From: Podarcis muralis
Lineage: Eukaryota
Assembly: GCF_964188315.1 (NCBI RefSeq)
Contig: NC_135655.1
Coordinates: forward strand, 82,150,001-82,214,000
Reading direction: 5' to 3'
DNA length: 64,000 nucleotides
Part shown: positions 13,201 to 23,643 of the stretch, piece by piece
Position numbering within the stretch: the first letter of the stretch is position 1
Layout of the letters: each line of letters starts with the position of its first letter
Translations under genes and position numbers: made by a program
Notes under the pieces: model-generated
Seen by the model: only the letters and a program-made list of their open reading frames with translations
Databases searched by the model: none
Told to the model about the DNA's origin: nothing

Positions 13201-14160
13201 AAGTACTTCCGTCTGCTAGAGCCACCTGGCTGCGCTGTGCTGAGTTCTTGGAAACAAACAATTCATCTGAATTTACGATGTGCCGAGACACTCCCGAATC
13301 GACCACCCAGACAGCTTGTTTCTCATCAGCAATCTTGACCTCGGCGGTCACCAGCTGAGCCGACTGTTTTCATTTGAAGAATTTCTTTTTACGCTGCTGC
13401 TGCTGATCTTGTCTCTGCTCCTGCACTGGCCACTGAGACTTGACCAACTCCAGACATTGTCGTTTTAGATACGCTGAAGACCCACATCGGAAACAACGCC
13501 TAACAGCAAACCCTGACTCCTCACTGGTACGCTGCTTTTGCTTCACCTCTGGCACGGCTTGAGAACTCCTTCCAAACCGCCTGCCTGTAGAAGCCTCTGC
13601 AGCAAATGACCTTTCTTGCCTCTTTTGCCATTCTTCAATCAAACGCCCAGTAACGTAACTGACTGATAAATCACGCTCCTGTATGCCTTCTAGAGACAAA
13701 ACTAAATTATCCCAGCTTTCTGGGAGAGAACTCAAAATAATAGCCACCTTCTCCTGCTGGTCTAACGCACAGTCTCTTTCCTGTAGCGCAGCAAACTTTA
13801 ACTGTAAACTGTGTAGGTGTTCCTGCATTGTAACCCCAGGCTGTAACATTGCCTTGTACAATGCCTTGCGAATGAGCAGCTTGGAAACTGCTGTCTCACG
13901 CACATGGAGTTCTTTAAGTGCTTGCCACACACCTCTAGCTGTCTTGATTCCCCTCACATACGGCAATTGGGAATCTTCCAGCCCTAAGACAATTGTGGCC
14001 CTTGCTCTTTGGTCTTTATCGAGGTCTTCATCATCAGGCTTCGCAGGAAACTTACCACTTGCCGATCCCTCTGAAGCACTGCCTGCATGCGTTCCGACCA
14101 CAGCAAGTAATTGGAGTCATTCAGACGCTCAAAAGCCATCTGAACTGGTTGTGAGGCCAT
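10211..14160 (-). pseudogene. copia-1 gag-pol polyprotein, disrupted
   Basis: ATG at 14160 (MASQPVQMAFERLNDSNYLLW) with a frameshift near 14050. Zinc knuckle CFRCGSSAYLKRQC has H replaced by Y. Protease WVVDSG, integrase VHMD/QTDRGGEF/ENGVAE, RT YVDD, RNase H YCDSDWG. In-frame stops at 13370, 13010 and 10454; beyond the last stop the frame continues (EPVQVYIDNQAC...ADVLTKPL) to TAA at 10211. Confidence 0.92.
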
Positions 14161-14408
14161 CTTGAGAGCGATGTCCCTGGAACCCGGAACCAGCTACTCA
14201 CGACCATCGGGAGAGAAAACAGGAACCACAGCACCCAGCACTCACACGCTGCAGCTGTTGTCCTTGTGTCCACTGCGTCACCAGCTCACAACAGTCAGGA
14301 ACCAGCCAGTGTCCATCTGCTGCACCAACAGGAACAACAACTTCTGGAACTACTGGAACCAACACCGTTGATGCTGACACCACCACAACTCAGGCTGGCA
14401 GCACAATA

Positions 14409-14417
14409 CCCATAACC
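14409..14417 (-). promoter_or_regulatory. copia-1 primer binding site, GGTTATGGG
   Basis: Directly abuts the 5' LTR. Complementary to the CCCAUAACC anticodon region of initiator tRNA-Met, as in Drosophila copia half-tRNA priming. Confidence 0.75.
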
Positions 14418-14854
14418 TCATGGAACTTTGAAGTGTCAGGCATAGCTCTAATGGCTTTAGCCCAAACGTAGCAGAGTTTTCCTGCACAGCGAAGAAGCTA
14501 GTTGAGGTGGAAATGACTAGTCAGCTAGACTCAGAATAACTATTTACAGGATTTATTAAAAGGAAAAATAAAACCAGCAGAGTTTCTGCATACAAATAAA
14601 AGCAAAATAAATCCTTTCTTTCTCTCTCTCTTAATCATACACAGCACTCCTACTCCTAACACACCTAACCCAAACTGTGCTAGCACTCCTAGATAACAGA
14701 GTTGAGTGCTGGTCGTTAACCAATCAGAGTAAGTAGTTTCTAGGTCAAGCAGACCTTGGCTTTCTGCCAAGAGTAAATTGACACTGCCTTGAGTTAATTG
14801 TGTGAAGCCAGAATCTGTAAGTTTTCATGAGAATCAATTAACAGAAACTGAACA
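14418..14854 (-). repeat. copia-1 5' LTR (437 bp)
   Basis: Begins TGTTCAG and ends CCATGA on the element strand. Differs from the 3' LTR by 7 substitutions and 3 indels, counted by eye. Confidence 0.95.
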
Positions 14855-16530
14855 GGAAAACACCTTGAAGTATCCTTGGGTGAAGGGCTGTTTCCAACCA
14901 GGTTCCCTTGCTGACTAGCTTAGTGGGTTCTTTTCTTACTCCTTGGTTCTGGGCTGTGCATTCTGTGGAGTTTGGAACTGGCAGGGTTAAAACTCCGTGG
15001 TGCCCTGTATCTGGGAGGAGCTCTGGGAGGGGCCGTAGTGGTTGGAGTTCAAAGGATGGGTATTCCTACCACCCTTCCTATAGCAGGGGATGGATAATTT
15101 TGTCTCTCATCCCCTACTTTGGGAGATGGAGGCCAGCTGGAGTGACCTTGCCCAGGATGAAAGGAAGGAGGCATTCCGATAATTCTTACACAGACTCCCC
15201 CCCCCCCCGCCTTTGAGAATTAGATTGGATGAGGGACTAGTGCTATATGAGTTATTATAACCTTATATATCAAAATGTACAATTTCTCAAGCGGTCTTTC
15301 AGAATGTATGAGGGATTTTAATTTGGCTGCAATCAGCTTCACTACATGACTATGAGGTCAATTTTAGATATTTTCTTCTATGTTCTTGGGATGTGAGGTA
15401 CTTCAGGGAGCATTAAGATTTCCCCAATGATCCCAAAGAAAGCAAAGGCAACATCATGGTTTGCTGTGACAATAAAAAGCCCTAGAGTCATGTAGAACAC
15501 AAATAGATATGGCTTTCTTCACATCACTAGGAGCATTTTGCTATTGGTTTCACAAGTCAGAGGTTCACCGGCACCGAAGACTCAGCTTGAAAGAGTCAGA
15601 AAATTTCAAGCTATTGATGACAAAACTGAACTTTGAGGAAGACAGTAAGTTCAGACGTATTTTTTTCAGACATGGGAGAAGCCATTGTGATACTAGCACA
15701 ACTGTTTTGCTGCCACTGCATATTAGTATTGCTGGAATATGCTTTAGCCATGTGTAATATTTCACTAGCAACAAGTTTTTTGTTTTGGGAAATAAGAAAT
15801 GGTGAACCAACTGGATTCTTAGAGAAGCATAAAATGATGTACCCTCTGCAGATACAACATGCATGGTGGTATACAAAAGCACCAGGAATTAATTCTCAAC
15901 AAAAGACAATTATAGGGCAGTTTCCCCCAAGTTGCTGCTCATCCACTGTCTTAGACTACAGCTCCCATCATCCCTGATAAAAAACACAATGGCTGAAACT
16001 AATTGTAGCTGTGGCCCAACAATATTTGGAGGTATGTGGTTATGAGGGCTCTATATTACATGGTCAGAGTCAGCAGAATACAGGTGTCATAATCCTGGAG
16101 TTTCTTCTTTAAGACTTTGTGTAGATTATGCTTGGGTACTTGTCTCCTTTGGGGAAGTTGGCTGCTCTGCTACACCACTGGTAGCCACTGATATGCTCTG
16201 CTACACCTCTGGTAGCCACTGATATGCTCTGAGACACCCATGATATAGACATTGGGTCCTTCATTGTATATCACTGTGCTTTGTATAACACTCCTATCTG
16301 CCTATAAAAACCTTGCTGAAAATTATCTTCAGTTATTTTTCACTTCAGTTTACTTGGCTGAAAACCATAACCCATTCAAAACATTGTTCTCATATCTTTT
16401 GCTTCTCCAAGAAAGCACCAGAAGAGGCACCTTCCCCACTATGCTTGCGTCAGTCTTTTAGTCCCCGGGAGTCTAAAAGAACAAGCAATGCCGACTTCTG
16501 TGTTCTTCCCCTCTCCACAGCGTCACCGTG

Positions 16531-17487
16531 ATGCAAACAGGAAACAACACGTTGGTGGACAGCTTCCTACTCACAGGGCTAACAGACCTTCCTCAGGTGG
16601 AAATTGCCCTCTTTGTGATCTTCTGTGCTGTCTATGCCACCACCCTGGTGGGGAATTTGGGCATGGTTCTCTTAATCAGGTCCAGCCCACAACTGCAAAC
16701 CCCAATGTACTTCTTACTTGGCAACCTGTCTTTCTTGGACATCTGTTACTCCTCATCCGTCACCCCAAAGTTCCTAAGCAATCTCTTAAAGGAGAAGAAA
16801 GTTATTTCTTTTGCTGGTTGTTTTACTCAGCTTTTCTTTTATGGTGTATTTGTCACCACCGAGTGTTACCTGCTGGCAGTGATGGCCTATGACCGCTACG
16901 TGGCTATCTGCAACCCACTGCTCTACTTAATCACCATGTCCCAAAGAAAGTGCATTGAGCTAGTTGCTCTTTCCTATGCAGCTGGAACAATAAATGCTTT
17001 GGTGCACACTGTTGCTGCATCAAGACTATCCTTCTGTGGTCCAAACATCATTCAGAATTTTTACTGTGAAGCTCCTCCCATTCTGCAGCTGTCCTGCTCA
17101 GACATTAGTCTCAATGAAATTTTGTTGTTCGTCTTTAGTGGGTTCAATATTATAGCAACCACTTTGACTATCCTCTCCTCTTACACTTATGTCCTCGTCA
17201 CTATTTTAAAGACTCACTGTGCTAGGAGCCGCAGAAAAGCCTTCTCCACCTGCACATCTCACCTCATGGTTGTCACCATTTTTTTTGGATTTGGTAGCTT
17301 CATGTATGCAAGACCCAGTGCTAGACAGACCCACCACCTTGACAAAATAGCCTCAGTGTTTTATGTAGTAGTGACTCCCATGCTGAACCCCTTGATCTAC
17401 AGTCTGAGGAACCAGGAGGTTAGAAGTGCCTTCCAAAAAACCCTGGGAAGAATAATTGTGTTTTTCCAAAGGTTTTTTATAAAATAG
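16531..17487 (+). CDS. Olfactory receptor type A3, 318 aa from the first ATG
   Basis: Intact ORF with OR motifs. The first of the two tandem ATGs seen in A1 and A2 is GTG here (16528), so the ATG start is 16531. Confidence 0.95.
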   Translation: MQTGNNTLVDSFLLTGLTDLPQVEIALFVIFCAVYATTLVGNLGMVLLIRSSPQLQTPMYFLLGNLSFLDICYSSSVTPKFLSNLLKEKKVISFAGCFTQLFFYGVFVTTECYLLAVMAYDRYVAICNPLLYLITMSQRKCIELVALSYAAGTINALVHTVAASRLSFCGPNIIQNFYCEAPPILQLSCSDISLNEILLFVFSGFNIIATTLTILSSYTYVLVTILKTHCARSRRKAFSTCTSHLMVVTIFFGFGSFMYARPSARQTHHLDKIASVFYVVVTPMLNPLIYSLRNQEVRSAFQKTLGRIIVFFQRFFIK

Positions 17488-17576
17488 ATGGTGGCCCCGA
17501 CTTCCAGGACTTTTGCTTTCCTTTCAACATTTCTACATGTTGTAATTTAAGAAAGGGATGGGCAAGAACTTTGGGC

Positions 17577-18030
17577 CAGGTTGTTGGACTCATTTATCTT
17601 TCTGTGACCCTAATGCCATTGCTCATTTTAACTTGGAAGGTACGCTACTCTTACAACTTTCCTGTTCCTGTAAAAGTGTCAATAAGTGTGTTGGGTTTGC
17701 ATTTGTTCGCTTAAACCTGATAAGCACCCATTTGACAGCCCTTACATCTTATGCTTCTCCCATTATCACTATTTTGAGAATCCGCTCAGCTGAGAGGAAA
17801 GGCAGAAAGCCTTCTCCACCTGCTCCTCTCACCTGCTGGCTGTAATCATCCTTTATGGCAGCTTGATCTTTATGTATCTCCAACCAAGTCCTTCAGCAAA
17901 AGGAAACAAAGTGGCCTGTCTGCTGTATGCTGTGGTAATCCCCATGCTAAATCCTCTCATCCCCATGCTAAATCCTCTTGAGGAATAATGAAGTGAAGAT
18001 TGCTTTGAGACGTCTATTTCCTAAAGATGT
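17577..18030 (+). pseudogene. 3' half of a type B OR joined to the A3 3' flank
   Basis: Same junction and same +2 frameshift as 8199-8650, plus a private tandem duplication of atccccatgctaaatcctct near 17939-17980. Confidence 0.9.
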
Positions 18031-19897
18031 TAATGATTCATATTTAGATAAAACTTTGTTTATGGGCTGCTGGGTGATTGCAGCTGTGTAGCTGGCTGAT
18101 GGTTGACTGGAACATTAACATGTGGGGGGAGGTTTGACGCGCAGCGTAAATTAATAATGCAGAGTTTTTTATTGAAAGAATAAGAGTGTGTAGAATACCT
18201 TCACAGAATGAAATATCAGGCCTTGACCATTGCCTCAGGTACAGAAGAGATTCTGTTACCGATTGGTATAAATCTGGTTGATCAAACAAAACATCACTTT
18301 CAGTCTTTTGAAAATCTACAGTCCTAGGGGTTTGCACAGCATTAGAATCCTGCATTTTTAGCTGTTCAGGCAGACCCTTAATTTTTGCTCTTGGCATATT
18401 AAGAAACTTCCATCTGCTTCTCTGCATATTTGGACCCCTAAATAGTGACTTATTAGTCCTAGGTCTTTCAGTTTGAAATGTTTTTCCAACTCATTTGCTA
18501 TCTTTTGAATTTTACCTGTGGAACTACCTGCCACCATCAAGTCATCTACAAAGATCAAAACCAATATGTAATTGTCACCTGATCCTCTTGTATACAAGCA
18601 AGGGTCAGCAATGCTCCTTTTAAATCCAAGATTTAAGAGTTGTGTTTATACAATCGTTCCAGCATTTAGCACTTTGCCGAAGACCATAGACAGCTTTGTC
18701 TAATTTCCACACCAAATCATTCCCCTCCTCAAACCCTGGGGGTTGTCGCATGTATATCATCTGGTCCAGAGGAGCATTTAGATATGCAGAAGTAATATCA
18801 TAATGATTCACTTCCAATTTCTTGTCAGTTGCAACAGACAAAACAAGCCCCACTGATTCTGCCTTGGCAGTGGGCGCAAAAAGCTCATCATAGTGAATTC
18901 CTGCCTTTTGTGCAAAACCTTTTGCTACCAGTCTAGCTTTAAAACGTGTGTCACCAGACACCTGAGTCTTCCTTTTAAAGACCCACCTGCTAGAAATTAA
19001 CTTTTCACTTGGTGGCAATTTGGCTAGTGTGTAAACCTTATTTTCTTTGAATGATCCCAACTCTTCCTTCATGGCGTCAAACCACTGGGTTTGTTCCTTA
19101 GAAGGTAGTTTCAGAACTTGAGCAAAGTCCTGTGGGTCTGTACAATTAACATGACACACTTTTGTTGCGCCAAAAGTCAATTTATCAGAGGGAATACCCT
19201 TGGTAGTCTGTGTGGACTTCCTAGGAATAACCACTGGGCTTTCCCTCTCTTGTTGGTCCTCCAGTTCATCATTTTGTTGTTCCTCTGATTCACTGCTTGT
19301 GGCATTTTGCAAAGTGTCAGTGTCTGAGGGCAAATTTTCCCCACTTTCTAGCCTTTCCTCAGCAGCTGGCTGCCTGAGAGGCACCTGTGGCTGTACTGAG
19401 AGAGGAATTAAAATAGTAGGATTGGCATGAACCTGTTCCCACCTATCCTGTTCAGCAAATTCAGCATTTTATGAAATGACTACTTGGCCACGTCCCAAAG
19501 CAAAACGATAATGCTAGAATAGCCCTGATAGCCAATGAAACATAGCTTTCTGGTTTTAGGCTCACCTTTGCGTCTCAGAGACTTGGGGATATGAAGAAAA
19601 GCCCAACTCCCCCACACATGTAAACCTGCGTAATCCGGTTCCTTCCCAAAAAGCATTCTGTAGGGAATATCACCCGTGGCAGTAGTGAAAGTACGGTTCA
19701 CTAAAAAATTGGCAGCCAAGAGAGCTTCTCCCCAGAGCTTTGTATCATTTTGCAATCCAGCATCAGTTAACAAGCTGTCCTTTACAATTTGTATGACACC
19801 CACATGTCTCTCTGCAACTCCATTTTGCCAAGGACTATTTGGACATGTGAGACGATGCGTTATTCCATGGCGTTTAAGCCATGCCTGGAAATGATTA

Positions 19898-20157
19898 CAC
19901 TGGTACCTCGGGTTACATACGCTTCAGGTTACATATGCTTCAGGTTACAGACTCCGCTAACCCAGAAATAGTTCTTCAGGTTAAGACCTTTGCTTCAGGA
20001 TGAGAACAGAAATCGTGCTCTGGTGGCGCAGTAGCAGCAGCAGCAGCAGCAGCAGCAGGAGGCCCCATTAGCTAAAGAGGTGCTTCAGGTTAAGAAGAGT
20101 TTCAGGTTAAGTACAGACCTCCGGAACGAATTAAGTACTTAACCCGAGGTACCACTG
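19898..20157. mobile_element. Tc1/mariner-type MITE inserted in the copia-2 integrase
   Basis: TA-cactggtacctc...gaggtaccactg-TA. Removing it and one TA restores GGEYLSNHFQAWLKRHG. Confidence 0.92.
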
Positions 20158-20258
20158 TACTTAAATATTCGCCTCCTCGGTCAGTTTGGAGTTGAATAAG
20201 TGGCCTTTGAAAACGTCTTTCTGCCCATACCTTCCAGGACTTAAAAGCATCAGCACAT

Positions 20259-21230
20259 ATAACTTGCTGTTGAAATGGAATACTCAGGATGAAACGGTGA
20301 AATCTGCTATGATTAAATGGGCACAAGATGTTGGGCATAATATTATGTTTGCTGACTGGGAACAGTTATGGACCACAGGTATGACGTTTACGGCATGTAA
20401 TGCCTTAAGAGAGAATATTATGAAAATGATATACAGGTAGTACATGACTCCAGTCAAGCTTGCAAAAATCTATCATTTGCCCGATAATAAATGTTGGAAA
20501 TGTAAAGAAACTGAAGGTACATTCTTTCACCTTTGGTGGACGTGCCCAAGGATTAAGGCTTATTGGGAGATGATATATAATGAAATGAAAAAGGTATTTA
20601 AATATACCTTTCTGAAGAAACCAGAGGCCTTTCTCCTGGGCATTGTCGGCCAATTGGTGCCAAAGAAGGATAGAACTTTCTTTATGTATGCTACGACAGC
20701 AGCAAGAATACTTATTGCAAAGTATTGGAAGACACAAGATCTACCCACTCAGGAAGAATGGCAGATGAAGGTGATGGACTACATGGAACTGGCAGAAATG
20801 ACCGGCAGAATCCGAGACCAGGGAGAAGAGTCGGTGGAAGAAGATTGGAAGAAATTTAAAGACTATCTACAGAAATATTGTAAAATTAACGAATGTTAAA
20901 ATGATGTTGGATGGAAAGTTATGTGGTTTTTAGCTATAACGCTATAAGGAGTATGAAAAAAATGGGTCATTAACAGTCAAAAATTCAATGTTACATATTA
21001 TTTTAAGATTAAAGAGTAGGATAAACAAAGAGGGGAAGGATTTGCTGAACTAACAAATTGAACTGGAATACAAAAAGGGAGGTGTGAGGAGGTCCGGGAA
21101 ATAAGCAAATGAAAGAAAGTGATGGAAAGCTGGAATTGTTTTTTATCTATTTTTACTTTGTATTTTTCCTTTTTCTTTCTTTTTTCATTTTGTAAAATTC
21201 TAATAAATATCTTTAAAAATAAAATAAAAT
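20259..21230 (+). mobile_element. 5'-truncated L1-clade LINE (ORF2 C-terminus, 3' UTR, A-rich tail)
   Basis: Cys-rich CWKC...HLWWTCP region and AATAAA with an A-rich tail. 16-bp TSD AAAAGCATCAGCACAT (20243-20258, 21231-21246) at a TT/AAAA site. Confidence 0.9.
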
Positions 21231-22555
21231 AAAAGCATCAGCACATTCTGATTTGTTTCTCGATAGATATAGCCATGAATACCTTGTTTTATCATCCACA
21301 AAAATTAGGCGATATCTAGATTCTCCCTCACTCTCTGGAAAAGGACTAATTAAGTCAGAATGAACAAGTTGCAAAGCATGTCTAGAAATTCTATCGCTTC
21401 TACCTGGTATTGGCTGCAACTTTGATTTTGCTTGCTTGCAAATAGCACAATCAAGGTATGTGCTACACTGGTTAACATTTAAATCTTTACATATTTTTTG
21501 CATGTTCTCTAGACATTTGAAACTTGCATGCCCCATTTTTCTGTGCAAAGCATGGATGCAGTTTTTATGTGGGCAATTAGAGTTTTGCTGACATAGTTCA
21601 GTTATTAACGCATCATTTTTCCCAGCTATAGGTCTCTCTGTGACCCCATCACTGGGCAGAGAATGCTGTAAAGGGTACAAGCCTTCCACCATTTTTGTAG
21701 AAGCAATTACCTTGCCCTGCTTCTTAATAAAACATTCATCACCCTCAAAAATAAATTCAAAACCAACATTGGTAAGGCATGAAATTGACAATAAAGAAAA
21801 TTCCAGTTCTTCAACAAACAATACATTCCTCAATTCTGCATCGATCCCATCTCCTCCTGAGAATCCTGGTTTCTGGTTAGCAGGGCGACTCAAACTCTTC
21901 TGGTCTGCCTTCTCACTCAGCTTTTCCATGCGCTTTTCAGATTCCTCCTGTAGACGGGTTGTTACATACACCATCAATAAATCTTCTTGCCTCATGCTTT
22001 CAAGAGAGGCTATCACAATATTAAAACTTGGTGGGAAACTGGATAGCAGGATATAGACTTGATCCAGGTCTGGAAATCTTTTACCTCTCATTTGCAACTG
22101 GAGGAATAACATGTGCAAAGTCTGGAGGTGTGTAGTTAAACATCCACCTTCAGGTAGCACAGTTCTATACAGTCTCCTAGTTAGTCCAATTATTGAACCA
22201 GCACTGTCAGACAGGTGCATCTGACGTAGACGATCCCAATATTGTTTGGCAGAGTCCAAATCTGCAATGTGCAGGATCTGTGGTTCCTCTAGAGCCAACA
22301 AAATGTGCGCTCTGGCTCTATCATTCTCTTCATGTTCCTGCTCAGAGGGTTGTGGATTCAAACCAGTTTCCACACAGTGCCGAAGTCTATCACGTTTTAG
22401 AACCAGTTCAAGCTTGAGAGCCCAAGTCAGGTAGTTCTTACCATTCAGACGTTCCATCTGGGCAGTGTTGCCAAGATTAATAAACTGCGCAGGTTGCTGA
22501 GCTGACATGGCTTCTGCTCCTTGCTGCAGCGGGTCTGCTTTTTCCGTATGCAGCC

Positions 22556-23593
22556 TCACCACTGGACCTTCAGTCCCTTCAAGGTCCTCACCAACAATCC
22601 TGACTCGACTCCAGACACACTGATCAGATGTTTGGAAGCTGTGGCTGGATGGTTACATGGGAGCCAGTTGAAGTTAAATTCTTCAAAGACAGAGGCCCTT
22701 TGGCTGGGTCGGAACGATATGGGATTGGGGGGGGGGACTCCCATTTCTTGCGGGGGCATAATTAGTGCCAGCACTGTTCATTAAGAGTTTGGGTGTAATC
22801 TTCAACACCTCCCTTTCTATGGAGGCACAGATTGCAGCTATAACAAAGGCGGCATTTTTTCATCTCTGCCAAACTAAGCAGTTGGCTCCTTACCTCTCTC
22901 GCCCTGACCTAGCCACTGTGATCCACACGATGGTCACCTCCAGGCTTGATTATTGTAACTCACTCTATGTGGGGCTGCCCTTGAGGCTGACCCAGAAACT
23001 CCAGCGGGTGCAGAATGCTGCGGTGAGACTCCTTATGGGGTCCTCACCATGGGATCACATTCACCCGGTGCTATACCAGGTGCACTCACTCCTGGTGGAG
23101 TACAGGATCAGGTTTAAGGTGCTGGTTTTAACCTTTAAAGCCCTATACAGCCTAGCACCCTTGTACCTATGGGACCGCCTCTCCTGGTATGTCCCACGGA
23201 GGACCTTACGGTTTTCAAATAAAAACATCTTGGAGACCTCAGGCCACAGGGAGGTTAGGCTGGCCTCAACCAGCGCCAGGGCTTTTTCGGCCGTGGCCCC
23301 GATCTGGTGGAACGATCTGTTAAAAGAGACTAGGGCCCTGCGGGACTCGACATCTTTCCGCAGGGCCTGCAAGACAAAGCTGTTCCACCAGGCCTTTGGC
23401 CAAGGCACAGTCTGACCCCTCCTTTGGTAATCCTCATAGTACTCTAGCCCAATGGTTGCCATTAATTTGATTCTGAATTGATTTAAGAATGTATTTCAGT
23501 TAATTGACTGTGATTTTATGTAAACTGTGCTATTTTTACTGTTGTTAGCTGCTCTGAGTCTGGCTTTGGCTGGGGAGGGCGGGATATAAATAA

Positions 23594-23641
<48 letters not shown>
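22556..23641 (+). mobile_element. 5'-truncated L2-clade LINE with (TTA)n tail
   Basis: RT C-terminal region LKLNSSKTEAL...SRLDYCNSLYVGLP...LQRVQNAAVRLL, followed by a 3' UTR ending gggcgggatataaataaa(tta)n. Confidence 0.85.

Positions 23642-23643
<2 letters not shown>

Larger units (their letters stand above)
9727..14854 (-). mobile_element. Full-length Ty1/copia LTR retrotransposon (copia-1), inactivated
   Basis: Two LTRs (9727-10156, 14418-14854) and TSD GGAAA (9722-9726, 14855-14859). Domain order gag-protease-integrase-RT-RNase H is the copia order. Confidence 0.96.
15213..18134 (+). repeat. Segmental duplication unit U3 (type A upstream region, OR A3, type B fragment)
   Basis: Colinear with 5160-8735. 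Similarity stops abruptly after tgtggggggaggt, where copia-2 sequence begins. Confidence 0.85.
18135..22550 (-). mobile_element. Second Ty1/copia element (copia-2): degenerate, no LTRs or RNase H visible, interrupted by a MITE and an L1
   Basis: Gag from ATG 22508 (MSAQQPAQ...ERLNGKNYLTW), pre-integrase HRKMGH, integrase VHSD/QTDRGGEY/QNGVAE, RT WVFKRK/KARLVAKG/IFVDD/SRPDI. Clearly divergent from copia-1. Confidence 0.9.

Noticed and set aside
13350-13372. Possible programmed readthrough at the TGA between copia-1 gag and protease
   Set aside because: Copia elements normally have one continuous ORF, and this copy has two other in-frame stops and a frameshift. A CGA-to-TGA decay is the simpler explanation.
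20030-20060. (CAG)n run
   Set aside because: Lies inside a MITE, is non-coding and is short.
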